From the NCBI GenBank assembly GCA_019639175.1, contig JAHBSK010000006.1:124709-188708 (forward strand): DNA of 64,000 nt. The letters run 5' to 3'. Position numbers and translations under genes: made by a program. How positions within the stretch are numbered: the first letter of the stretch is position 1; each line of letters opens with the position of its first letter. Source of the stretch: Acidobacteriota bacterium. Its GTDB lineage: Bacteria > Acidobacteriota > Blastocatellia > Pyrinomonadales > Pyrinomonadaceae. This document shows, piece after piece, positions 27,660 to 36,915 of the stretch. The notes under the pieces were generated by a model. The model had not been told where the DNA came from, made no database searches, and saw only the letters and a list, made by a program, of their open reading frames with translations.

Positions 27660-28844
27660 TTACGCGTTTTTCTTCAGAAAATCGACTATCTTTTTTGCAG
27701 CCTGCCCATTACCGAACGGATTTTTAACTTTTTTAACAGATCTCACCCAAGTTTCATCCTCGTAACATTCGGTCAGCATCTTTTTGAGCCTTTTCGGATC
27801 ACTGCCGACGAGCCGTGCGACACCTGACCTTACGGCCTCCGGCCTCTCAGTATTTTCACGCAGCACCAGCAGAGGTTTGCCAAGCGTTGGGGCCTCTTCC
27901 TGAACTCCGCCGGAATCAGACACGATCAGCCAGGCCGACCTCATAACCGCTATAAAGTCCTTATAGTCCAGCGGTTCCAGTAAAAAAACTCTTTCCTGTC
28001 CGGAAAGTATCTCTTCCGTCACTTTTCGAACATTGGGATTCGGGTGAACAGGGAACAAAAGAGCCGTGTCATCGTGCTTTGCTATGAAGTCACGAAGCAC
28101 GCAGAGGTTGCCAGACATCGTCTCACCAAAGCTTTCCCGGCGATGTGTGGTTAGCAGAACAGACCGCTGTCCGGAGGTAATATCGAGTATTTTTTGAATT
28201 TGGCCTGATACAGCCAACGGAGAGTTGTGTTTATCGCTTTTGTTCAGGTATTTTTTGCCGGAGCGTCGGTTCTGGCCAAGCCTTTCGGATATATTAGTAA
28301 GCGAATCGACGACCGGATTGCCGGTAACGGAGATCTGGCGGCGGCTGATCCCTTCTTTTATCAGAACATTGCGATTATCTGCGGTCGCTGCAAAGTGAAG
28401 ATCCGCGATCTGACTGATCAAACGGCGGTTCATTTCCTCAGGAAACGGGCTGAGACGGTTGCCCGAACGCAGCCCGGCTTCGACATGGCCGACCTTTATC
28501 CCGCGATTAAAAGCCGCGATCGCTCCGGCCAACGCAGTTGTGGTGTCGCCCTGCACCAAGACAACATCGGGCTTTTCGGCCTGAAACAGAACATCCAGTT
28601 TGGCGACAACCCGTGAACAGACGTCATTTGGCCCTTGGTTGGCCTTTCCTGCCTTCAGGTCATGGTCAACCGTTACGTCCAGCATCTTCAGAAAAGGCCG
28701 CAAAAGATGCGTATGCTGGCTCGAAGACACAACCTTTGTCCCGATCCCTCTAGCCTTAAGCTCATGAATGACCGGCGCCAGCTTTATGATCTCAGGCCGC
28801 GTGCCAAAAAGTATAAGTACATGTGATCTATGGGGTTTTTCCAT
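27660..28844 (-). CDS. wecB: UDP-N-acetylglucosamine 2-epimerase (non-hydrolysing family)
   Basis: 394 aa. ILFGTRPEIIKLAPV, VLVQGDTTT, HVEAGLRS, VSDSGGVQEEAPTLGKPLLVLRENTERPE. Confidence 0.9.
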   Translation of the reverse strand: MEKPHRSHVLILFGTRPEIIKLAPVIHELKARGIGTKVVSSSQHTHLLRPFLKMLDVTVDHDLKAGKANQGPNDVCSRVVAKLDVLFQAEKPDVVLVQGDTTTALAGAIAAFNRGIKVGHVEAGLRSGNRLSPFPEEMNRRLISQIADLHFAATADNRNVLIKEGISRRQISVTGNPVVDSLTNISERLGQNRRSGKKYLNKSDKHNSPLAVSGQIQKILDITSGQRSVLLTTHRRESFGETMSGNLCVLRDFIAKHDDTALLFPVHPNPNVRKVTEEILSGQERVFLLEPLDYKDFIAVMRSAWLIVSDSGGVQEEAPTLGKPLLVLRENTERPEAVRSGVARLVGSDPKRLKKMLTECYEDETWVRSVKKVKNPFGNGQAAKKIVDFLKKNA

Positions 28845-29533
28845 TGGATTAAAATTCTCAGCTACTGACAGAACTTATCACAAAGACTCAACGAGCCATA
28901 CATTCCACTATTATAGCTATTTACAAAGCGAAACACTGAAGAGGGAAATAAAGTTAATTAAAAATCTATACAAGTCTTTTATACCTTGTGGAAATTCGCT
29001 AACTGTATGGAAATCATCCATAGCAAGTAGATTTTCATTTTTTTCTCAGAACAAAAAGAAGGAAGTTTGCATAAAGTTATTCGGTCATATTGACAGGTAC
29101 TATATCTAGTGGTTATTCTCTATTTATCCCACACCCCCAAGAAAACTGCTTTTGTAAAAAAAATCTGGAAAGGAACAGGCATTGTTGGTCTGTGTATATT
29201 AGCGTTAAACATAACATAACGCTCACTCTATAAAAACTGTAAAATTGAGCTTAAAGCCTTTTGGTTGTCCCCCCTTCGCTGCTGGCTATTACCATTTCCC
29301 CCAATGAGATGCAGCATGAAATGACCTTTGTTGGATAAACTTTCTGTCCATTAAAAAGCCCCATATGATCTTTCGTAATGGCGGTTTGTGTTCTCAGAGT
29401 CATAAAAGTATTCGAGTTTTCGCTCGCTGTATTTGACCAGGAATAACCAGTACCCGCTACCCCTAACGAATAGATCAACCTATAAAAATTAAATATTTTG
29501 TTGTGGGCTGGTTGCCTGCAACGGGAGGAAAGA

Positions 29534-31981
29534 ATGTTCTCACCAAAGACGCTTCGTGTATATGGGCTTAAAGGGTTCTTTATGGTTTTGGCTGCGGTAT
29601 CCTGCATTGGTGTTATGCGTGGACCTGCAGACGCTGCCACTTTGCAAGTCCCAAGTACCCAGTATCCTACTATCCAATCCGCAATCAACGCCGCCAACCT
29701 CGGCGATACTATTGTTGTTCAAGCAGGCAGGACATACACAGAAAACCTAGTTTTGAGACATAAGTCCACGGGGAGCGGATGGATAACAATACAGTCATCG
29801 AATCTGCATTTGCTTCCGGCGGAGGGGAACAGGGTGTCTCCATCAGATGCGGCGAATATGCCGACGTTAAGATCGACCTCGGTAAGTGATGCTGTGATAA
29901 AAACGCAATCGGGCTCTACGCCTTCACACCATTATAAACTGATCGGGTTGAATATTGAGCGGCAGGATGTGTCCGGTTATCATTATGGTTTGGTGCTGCT
30001 CGGAGAGACGGGGAGCAGCCAGAACACGTTTGAAGAAGAACCTCATCATTTTGTGATAGACAGGTGCTTGATACGAGGACTCGATGGGAGAAATACAAGA
30101 CGCGGTATTGCTCTAAATGCAAAGAATGTTGAGATAATCAACAGCTATATCGACAAGTTCTTTGAAGCCGGAGCAGACACACAGGCAATAGGCGGGTGGA
30201 ATGGGTCGGGGGAATGGTTGATAAAGAACAACCTTCTGGAAGCCGCGGGTGAGAATGTGATGATCGGCGGCGCTGACCCGTCAATCCCTGACCTTGTGCC
30301 AACGGGCATTGTCATTGAGCATAATCATTTCTACAAACCTCTAAGTTGGAAGGGCAGCGAACCGGGGCCGGTAAAGAATTTGTTTGAGTTAAAGAACGCC
30401 AAGAATGTTCTTACTCAATATAACATCTTTGAGAATCATTGGGCTCACGCCCAAAGCGGCTACGCAATAGTCTTTACGGTCAGGAATCAGGGCGGTTCAG
30501 CTGAGTGGTCAACGGTTGAGGACGTGACGTTTCGTTACAACATCGTCAAGAACGTAGATCGTGGATTTAATGTCGCCAATACCGACAGCAATGAAACAAG
30601 CCAGGTTACAAAGAACATCTACATTGAAAATAGCCTGGTCTTTACATCTGAGTGGCCTTATATGATGGCCAGAAGTGGAGCAGGTATATCGGACAAGATA
30701 CAGTTCACGCATAACACATTTATAGGCATACCGTCTGGCGGAAAACACCTCTGGTATGAGGGTAGCAGTCAGTTCCTGTCAGATCATAAAGTCAGTGACA
30801 ACATTTTTGCTGTGACATCAGGGTCATTGTCAGGCATTGCGAAATCAGACGGGCCGAATGGAACAGGCACTTTGAACATCGCCGCATCGAGTTCGTGGGA
30901 GTTTAATAAAAATGTGCTGCAACAAAGTAGTTCGGGGCATCCCAATACGTCATTTTACGTCTCGAATATGTCTAGTATAGGGTTCGTTAATGCAGCACAG
31001 GGAAACTTTGAGTTAGGCCCGTCGTCACCGTATAAGAATGCCGGGACAGACGGCAAAGATATTGGGGCAGACATAGCCGGATTGAACGAGAAGACGGCGT
31101 GTGTTGTTTCCGGCAAGCAAAGTGACTGTGCACAAGCCGCACGTGTTTCTTTCTCGAACTACGATTTTGACGGTGATGGTCGTGCGGATATTGCGGTCTT
31201 TCGTCCTTCCAGTTCGATCTGGTATTTGAACAAAAGTTCCGAAGGGTTCGGAGGCATGCAGTGGGGCGTTTCGACCGATCAGATAGCGCCGGCGGATTAT
31301 GATGGAGATGGCAAGACGGATATTGCTGTTTTTCGTCCTGAGAGCAATCGTTGGTATATATTGAAGAGTTCGACCATGACCTACGATGTCGTCTATTTTG
31401 GAATGACCGGCGACATACCTGTTCAGGCCGATTACGATGGTGACGGAAAAGCAGACGTGGCGGTATGGAGGCCCTCGAACGGCATCTGGTATAGGCTGAA
31501 CAGTTCCAACGGACAGTTTACCGGGTATCATTTCGGTCTGGGAACCGATCGTCCTGCTGTTGGCGATTACGACGGTGACGGCATTTCAGACTATGCGGTC
31601 TTTCGTCCTTCAACAGGTGTCTGGTATTTACAGAAGTCAACGGAAGGATTTTATGCTGTTCGTTTCGGCCTGCCAACCGATACGATCACACCGGCCGATT
31701 TTGACGGTGACGGCAAAACAGATATAGCTGTATTTCGTGCCTCAACAGGTATCTGGTACCGTTTGGAACTGGGGTCAGCAACGAACTTTTCTGCTTTCCG
31801 GTTTGGTATCAGCGAAGATATTCCGTCTCCGGCCGATTTCGACGGCGATGGCAAAGCGGACATTGCTGTATTTCGTCCCTCCACCGGAGTCTGGTACCTG
31901 CAAAAGAGTACAGAGGGATTCAATGCTATGAATTTCGGTATGAACGGCGACGTACCGATAAGCGCGGCATTTGCTCGCTGA
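29534..31981 (+). CDS. secreted right-handed beta-helix protein with six C-terminal FG-GAP/VCBS-like repeats
   Basis: The track ORF starts at 29498, but I prefer ATG 29534 preceded by GGGAGGAAAGA. Signal peptide MFSPKTLRVYGLKGFFMVLAAVSCIGVMRGPADA. N-terminal PbH1-like segments include IQSAINAANLGDTIVVQAG, and there are six DYDGDGKxDIAVFRP repeats. It is the only plus-strand gene inside the EPS locus. Confidence 0.8.
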   Translation: MFSPKTLRVYGLKGFFMVLAAVSCIGVMRGPADAATLQVPSTQYPTIQSAINAANLGDTIVVQAGRTYTENLVLRHKSTGSGWITIQSSNLHLLPAEGNRVSPSDAANMPTLRSTSVSDAVIKTQSGSTPSHHYKLIGLNIERQDVSGYHYGLVLLGETGSSQNTFEEEPHHFVIDRCLIRGLDGRNTRRGIALNAKNVEIINSYIDKFFEAGADTQAIGGWNGSGEWLIKNNLLEAAGENVMIGGADPSIPDLVPTGIVIEHNHFYKPLSWKGSEPGPVKNLFELKNAKNVLTQYNIFENHWAHAQSGYAIVFTVRNQGGSAEWSTVEDVTFRYNIVKNVDRGFNVANTDSNETSQVTKNIYIENSLVFTSEWPYMMARSGAGISDKIQFTHNTFIGIPSGGKHLWYEGSSQFLSDHKVSDNIFAVTSGSLSGIAKSDGPNGTGTLNIAASSSWEFNKNVLQQSSSGHPNTSFYVSNMSSIGFVNAAQGNFELGPSSPYKNAGTDGKDIGADIAGLNEKTACVVSGKQSDCAQAARVSFSNYDFDGDGRADIAVFRPSSSIWYLNKSSEGFGGMQWGVSTDQIAPADYDGDGKTDIAVFRPESNRWYILKSSTMTYDVVYFGMTGDIPVQADYDGDGKADVAVWRPSNGIWYRLNSSNGQFTGYHFGLGTDRPAVGDYDGDGISDYAVFRPSTGVWYLQKSTEGFYAVRFGLPTDTITPADFDGDGKTDIAVFRASTGIWYRLELGSATNFSAFRFGISEDIPSPADFDGDGKADIAVFRPSTGVWYLQKSTEGFNAMNFGMNGDVPISAAFAR
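31158..31978 (+). repeat. six in-frame ~45-codon FG-GAP-like coding repeats
   Basis: Repeat peptide D[YF]DGDG(K/R/I)(A/T/S)D(I/V/Y)AV(F/W)R(P/A)S.G.WY...S...F....FG...D.P..A occurs six times. The peptide FRPSTGVWYLQKSTEGF occurs twice exactly (repeats 4 and 6), encoded with many synonymous differences. Confidence 0.75.
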
Positions 31982-32077
31982 CCGCGTTAATATATGGCCA
32001 TATAGTACAGTGGCTTTCTTATTCCGAGTTGATGTGCAAAAAACCATCGACGAGGAAAAGGAAGCCATTTTGCTGAA

Positions 32078-32731
32078 TCACAATTTATTGCTGTTAGAAA
32101 GAGCAAAATAGTAATAAATAAGCTTGAGATACTCTGAAATCGTGGTTCGCAAACCGTTACGGTTTGTCCACCAAAATGCAGAAGAGTGCGGTCCGTTGGT
32201 TGCAGGTGATGAATGCACGCCGATTTCAGTGTTGAGGTTCATGTCGTCAACCATGAGAGTAAATGTCCACAAAGCTCTGCGTGTATGAAAGGATGATGTA
32301 ACCAAGAGAACTGATCTGTAGGGATTTTGTTGTAAATGTTTTGCTAAAGCCTTCGCTTCATCGTCTGTACCATTGATTCGGTCCGGAAGTATTACAATAC
32401 TGGTTTCCGGTACCCCATTTTCCAATAACAGCCATTTTGCCCGTTCAACGAAATAGGGATTTCGTTGCCTCTCATTGTCCCAGCCTCCTTTATTACGGTC
32501 GTCTGTCAGCAGTATCTTTGGAGCTATCCCCAAATTATACAGCCGTGCGGCCTCAGCGTTGCGTTCGACATAATTCGCGGAGCCTGCCAGGACGAAGATC
32601 GCGTCGGCCTTTTCCAGCGGTTTTTCCACGACCAGCCACTGCCCTAAAAACCATGCGAGCGGTACCCAGATAATCGCAATCATTGCAATACACAGGCATG
32701 CTTTTTTGGCGATGGTTATAACCCTACACAT
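32078..32731 (-). CDS. DUF218/YdcF(ElyC/SanA)-family protein with N-terminal membrane anchor
   Basis: 217 aa. ADAIFVLAGSANYVERNAEAARLYNLGIAPKILLT and LLVTSSFHTRRAL motifs, typical of DUF218. Confidence 0.8.
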   Translation of the reverse strand: MCRVITIAKKACLCIAMIAIIWVPLAWFLGQWLVVEKPLEKADAIFVLAGSANYVERNAEAARLYNLGIAPKILLTDDRNKGGWDNERQRNPYFVERAKWLLLENGVPETSIVILPDRINGTDDEAKALAKHLQQNPYRSVLLVTSSFHTRRALWTFTLMVDDMNLNTEIGVHSSPATNGPHSSAFWWTNRNGLRTTISEYLKLIYYYFALSNSNKL

Positions 32732-32831
32732 ATAGTAGCCAAGACTTCATCTGACAGTAGGTGGCCTTCTCCATTGGTCGTCTATCTAAAGCAGGATTTT
32801 ATTGGTGAAGATTGCGGATCAGTCAGCATCC

Positions 32832-33923
32832 TTACTTGTAAACCCGGATTAGTATATCAACAATGCGTTCTGAGGTTCTTCCATCCCAAAATTCGGGAGC
32901 AGCCCCTTGTTTCCACCGTCCTTGGGCAAGCTTTTCGAGATAATAGACAAGGTTATTTGGATCACTTCCCACCAACTCATTACTTCCTATCTCAACGGTT
33001 TCCGGCCGTTCGGTAGTATCTCGAAGTGTTAGACACGGAATATTAAGTACAGTGGCTTCTTCAGTTATTCCGCCGGAGTCTGTAATGACAGCTTTAGAAA
33101 ATTTAAGAAGGTATATGAACTCAAGATAGCCCAGCGGATCGATTTGGATCAAATGTTGATCGTGATAATCAATGTCATCAAGGACCTTGCGTGTTCTTGG
33201 GTGTACTGGAAAAATAATCTTTTTATTGCCAATGCCGGTACGAAGGGCTTCAAGATATTTAATCAGTTTTTCGGGGTTGTCCACGTTTGACGGCCGATGT
33301 AGTGTGAGAAGAAAATATTTTCTCTCTTCAAGCCCGGCTTGGTCCCAGATAAGCGGCTTTACTAATCTGTCTATATTCTGATAGAGCGTATCTATCATTG
33401 TATTGCCGACAAAATGTATTCGTTTTGTTTCAACCCCGTATTTTCGAAGCCGGTCTCCTGCCTGCCTAGTAGTGGTAAAAAACTGGTCGCAAATAGAATC
33501 CGTAACTATACGGTTGATCTCTTCCGGCATCATCATGTCGCCTGAGCGGATGCCCGCTTCAACATGCACGACAGGCACGCAAAGCTTTTTTGCGGCTATG
33601 GTGCAGGCCATTGTTGATGTGACATCGCCGACCACTAGCACAACATCAGGCATATTTGCTTCGATCTCACGCTCAAATCTGACCATAACGGCAGCAGTTT
33701 GCTCTGCCTGAGTGCCGCCTCCTGCTCCAAGGTTGATGTCCGGTTCGGGAATGCCAAGCTGTTCAAAAAAATCACCACTCATCTTATGGTCAAAATGCTG
33801 TCCTGTGTGGACAATACGATACTCCATAGGCTGACCATTAGCTTTGGCTTTTTCTATCGCTCTTATTATTGGAGCGATCTTCATAAAATTTGGCCGGGCA
33901 CCGGCTACAAGAGTGATTTTCAT
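32832..33923 (-). CDS. UDP-N-acetylglucosamine 2-epimerase family protein (second paralogue; WbpI-like candidate)
   Basis: 363 aa. MKITLVAGARPNFMKIAPI, VLVVGDVTST, HVEAGIRSGD, ITDSGGITEEATVLNIPCLTLRDTTERPET. Confidence 0.9.
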   Translation of the reverse strand: MKITLVAGARPNFMKIAPIIRAIEKAKANGQPMEYRIVHTGQHFDHKMSGDFFEQLGIPEPDINLGAGGGTQAEQTAAVMVRFEREIEANMPDVVLVVGDVTSTMACTIAAKKLCVPVVHVEAGIRSGDMMMPEEINRIVTDSICDQFFTTTRQAGDRLRKYGVETKRIHFVGNTMIDTLYQNIDRLVKPLIWDQAGLEERKYFLLTLHRPSNVDNPEKLIKYLEALRTGIGNKKIIFPVHPRTRKVLDDIDYHDQHLIQIDPLGYLEFIYLLKFSKAVITDSGGITEEATVLNIPCLTLRDTTERPETVEIGSNELVGSDPNNLVYYLEKLAQGRWKQGAAPEFWDGRTSERIVDILIRVYK

Positions 33924-34176
33924 GATCTAGTCAATGGCAGCCATCATGGATATAAACCAGAGGTTCCTTCATCTGGTTTTTGGCTGAATCCGGAAAAGCA
34001 ATAACTCCTTTGAATTTTGTGTCCGAAGTGAACGATCCAAATAACAGAGCTATCGCCACTATATTACCTGCATTTGTCTTACCGTACTCCCGTCAAAAAA
34101 TACTCGTATTGATCCAAGTGTTCTAAACTTACTTGAAGACTTTAAGAATTTTTCTAAATGTCAAACGTTACAAGTT

Positions 34177-35400
34177 TCAGGGCAAATATTGGTTGTGCAT
34201 ATCATTCAGATCTGCAAGAATTCCTTTTAATTCATTGACCTTAGCGTCCCAGCTTTCGTGTTTTACGGCGTCCGATATCTGTTCCCGCGTTCTTTTAGAC
34301 GCCAGCGCGGCCTCTATCTGTTCGATAAAATTTTCGTGGTCGGCTCCGACAAGGCAATCTTCAAGAATACGGACCTCGGGGATGTCGGTCGATACGGTCA
34401 TCAAACCTGCAGCCAGATACTCCCTGACCTTCAAAGGGTTTGCCGCCAGCGTCAATTCATTGATAACAAAGGGGTTGAGGGCGACATCAAAACCCTTGCA
34501 GTACGCCGGAAGCTCGGAATAGGGCTTGCGGCCTAGGAAATGAACGTTCGGAACATCATCCAATACTTTCACTTTTTGCTCTGCATCGACCGCTATCTTG
34601 CCGATCAAGACAACAGAGCCGTTCGAATAATGCTCTGCCGTCCTTTTTATCAACTCAAAATCGACCCAATCCGCCAAAAGCCCGTGAAAGCCGATGACCG
34701 GTTTTGGCAGTTCTGCGATCTCGTCCGGGACCTTCGTTGTTTCATCCAGAGCGGTACGAAAATGCGCCCAATCGGTGCCGTGGCGGATGATAAATGTGTT
34801 TTTATTAAAATGCTTTTTCGATTCAAACAGGCTTTCGGCTGAAACGATAACGGCATCCGCCTGGCGAAATAGGCCTTCTTCTATTTCCTTCAGTCCTTTT
34901 GAAGCACCGGTAAAAGCGGTGTATTCATCAACACAGTAATAGATCAGCCTGTCTTCGCCCAATTTGCCAGCAAGTAGCCCGGCGGCAGGATTAAAGACCA
35001 TGTTGATCGGCCGTTCAAACCTGAGTTTTCGCATCGCCTTTTGAACCCGCCAAAGAAGAAATCGTTCATTAAACCCGCGAACCGCCGCGCTGCCGTAAGC
35101 CGGAACCGCAAGCGGGTTCAGCACAAAGATGTTCGGCTCCACCTCTTTTACCGGCTCAGCAAAACCTTTTAGTTTCTTAAAGATACGCGACATATCCTTT
35201 TTTGAAACGGTCGGAGCTCGGTTGGCTATGGCGTTGATCCAAAGTATGCGGTTGTCCCTGGATAAAATACGCATTAGATGGGTTTTTGAAAGCGGATCGC
35301 CCGTCCAGTCGTGCGAAAAACATAGAATATCACAGCCGCAAAGCTGGCTCGCCGCGTCCAGGCTGACTTTTTCCATCGTCATTATTGGCATCTCTGTCAT
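34177..35400 (-). CDS. glycosyltransferase family 1 (TuaH-like)
   Basis: 407 aa. N-terminal ILCFSHDWTGDPLSKTHLMRILSRDNRILWINAIANR and C-terminal NPLKVREYLAAGLMTVSTDIPEV. Its start overlaps the upstream stop by 1 nt (TAATG). Confidence 0.8.
   Translation of the reverse strand: MTEMPIMTMEKVSLDAASQLCGCDILCFSHDWTGDPLSKTHLMRILSRDNRILWINAIANRAPTVSKKDMSRIFKKLKGFAEPVKEVEPNIFVLNPLAVPAYGSAAVRGFNERFLLWRVQKAMRKLRFERPINMVFNPAAGLLAGKLGEDRLIYYCVDEYTAFTGASKGLKEIEEGLFRQADAVIVSAESLFESKKHFNKNTFIIRHGTDWAHFRTALDETTKVPDEIAELPKPVIGFHGLLADWVDFELIKRTAEHYSNGSVVLIGKIAVDAEQKVKVLDDVPNVHFLGRKPYSELPAYCKGFDVALNPFVINELTLAANPLKVREYLAAGLMTVSTDIPEVRILEDCLVGADHENFIEQIEAALASKRTREQISDAVKHESWDAKVNELKGILADLNDMHNQYLP
35224..35340. 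repeat. copy A of a ~117-bp dispersed direct repeat (about 88-90 percent identical to 36743-36859)
   Basis: Aligned by hand: ...ttgatccaAagtatGcggttgtccctggataaaatacgcatTagatgGgtttttgaaagcggatcGcccgtccagtcGtgcgaaaaaca... It encodes the N-terminal DILCFSHDWTGDPLSKTHLMRILSRDNRILWINAIA of the GT1 gene. Confidence 0.85.
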
Positions 35401-36410
35401 TATTTTGCCATTAAGCCGCTCAAACGGCTACGAAGACCTTGCGGTAAGCGTCGATATACACCTACGCCTATACTGACCACACGTTCGCGCAATTCGTGTT
35501 TTTTCAGGAAACTCTTATCGCGACGATATCGATAAGTTGTGATTATCTCGCCGCCGAATCGTCGCAAAAAAAGATGAGAGCCACCCATGGAGAAATGAGT
35601 AAATCCGGATTCGCAAGCCCACTGTATCGCGTGCCAACCGAGCACATCATTCGGACGCAGCCACCGATGCTCAGGCCGTGAAAAATTGGCGGCATATTCG
35701 ACAACGCCACCTGCAACAAACCTATAGAAGCTGCCGGCAACGACTCGGCCATCGGCTTTTGCGATTAAGACCCGTCTATTTTCACGCTGACCAACGGCGA
35801 TCCGCATTCGCTCGAAGGTGTTAGGCTCGTGGCCTTTTAAGCGGTTCCAGTCACAATGAATTTCGTACATTTCGGCAAGTTCGGCTTCAGTCTCGATGTC
35901 TTTGATTTCGAGCAGATTCTGCCGCTCGGCCTTTCGAAGCTCATTCCTTCGCGTCTGTGAAAAGCCCGCGAATATCGCATCGCTTCCTTTGGAAAGGTCT
36001 AGCATCACGACCGAAGTCGCGTCGCCGCTGGGACTTTCACTCATTCCGACAGTAGCGATCTTCTGCCAAGAATACAGTTCAATCAGTGATGCTGACGGGC
36101 TTGCGGCTTCCATGCCTTCGGTCAGCGTCTTTGCCGCAATGGCGACATCACTTCCCGTTCGAAACGCGATCTGCGGTCGCGAGAAAAGTCCTGAAACAGT
36201 TCTCGTTCCGCCGGTTACGCCCGTCAGAACCGCATGGAACTCGCCAGCGTTATCGACGGCCGCTACGGCAAATCGTTTGCCGGAGACGTACGGATCGGTA
36301 AAATAATTCGGACTGGTATAGCATGTCGGCATGTCTGCCTCATCGAGAAATGCTAGCCACCGTTCGCGTATCTCTGTGTCAGGAAACGATGTAATGACCA
36401 TCGGTTTCAT
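35400..36410 (-). CDS. FemAB-like / GNAT-fold acyl(aminoacyl)transferase of the type associated with PEP-CTERM EPS loci
   Basis: 336 aa. C-terminal segment VLIAKADGRVVAGSFYRFVAGGVVEYAANFSRPEHRWLRPNDVLGWHAIQWACESGFTHFSMGG resembles FemAB/BioF2-like acetyltransferase domains. Assignment by resemblance only. Confidence 0.6.
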   Translation of the reverse strand: MKPMVITSFPDTEIRERWLAFLDEADMPTCYTSPNYFTDPYVSGKRFAVAAVDNAGEFHAVLTGVTGGTRTVSGLFSRPQIAFRTGSDVAIAAKTLTEGMEAASPSASLIELYSWQKIATVGMSESPSGDATSVVMLDLSKGSDAIFAGFSQTRRNELRKAERQNLLEIKDIETEAELAEMYEIHCDWNRLKGHEPNTFERMRIAVGQRENRRVLIAKADGRVVAGSFYRFVAGGVVEYAANFSRPEHRWLRPNDVLGWHAIQWACESGFTHFSMGGSHLFLRRFGGEIITTYRYRRDKSFLKKHELRERVVSIGVGVYRRLPQGLRSRLSGLMAK

Positions 36411-36904
36411 TGAGCCACCTCGCTGTCAAAAAATTTCCATTGCCATATCTCAAAATTGACCAGTGACCGCTGCCGTTCGTCGTGACTCTCCCACGCAGTG
36501 TACTCCGCCACAAGAGTTTTTACATGATCGGCATCAAAGATATCTCGCTCCAAAGCGCGGTTTCTGAGAATGTATTTGTCAACAATATGTTTGAATTCCG
36601 AGCGGAACCATTGCCCTACCGGTACGGGAAAGCCCATTTTCGGGCGGGCGAGGATTTCGTCAGGCAGAACATCCTTTATCGTTTTGAGCAGTTTCCATTT
36701 TGTCACGACCCCACACAAGTTTAACTTGCGCGACATCCGAATGGCAATCGCATTGATCCAGAGTATACGGTTGTCCCTGGATAAAATACGCATCAGATGT
36801 GTTTTTGAAAGCGGATCACCCGTCCAGTCATGCGAAAAACACAGAATGTCACGACCATGAAGAGAGTCCGTTTGTTGCGCAGGCTGTGTTTTGGTGTCTG
36901 TCAT
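36407..36904 (-). pseudogene. chimeric ORF: 5' end of a GT1 gene copy fused to the 3' end of an asparagine-synthase (AsnB-type) gene
   Basis: 165 aa. Residues ~18-54 (DILCFSHDWTGDPLSKTHLMRILSRDNRILWINAIA) are identical to the N-terminus of GT1 34177-35400. Residues ~70-165 (TKWKLLKTIKDVLPDEILARPKMGFPVPVGQWFRSEFKHIVDKYIL...VNFEIWQWKFF) parallel the C-terminus of AsnB 36916-38817. It lacks both catalytic cores. ATGA overlap with the downstream gene. Confidence 0.65.
36743..36859. repeat. copy B of the ~117-bp dispersed direct repeat (partner of 35224-35340)
   Basis: See copy A. The junction where similarity to GT1 stops is near 36745. Confidence 0.85.
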
Positions 36905-36915
36905 TTAACTTCAGT

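Noticed and set aside
29251-29697. 148-aa minus-strand ORF
   Set aside because: It overlaps the RBS, start and signal-peptide region of the well-supported beta-helix gene on the other strand. It has no RBS and no recognisable domains. Shadow ORF.
31991-32004. 14-bp perfect palindrome TATATGGCCATATA after the beta-helix gene, as a terminator
   Set aside because: It has no loop and no following T-run. A nearby imperfect long-range stem (TGGCTTTCTT at 32011-32020 with AAGGAAGCCA at 32059-32068, followed by TTTT) is a slightly better terminator candidate. Its 38-nt loop makes it too uncertain to annotate.
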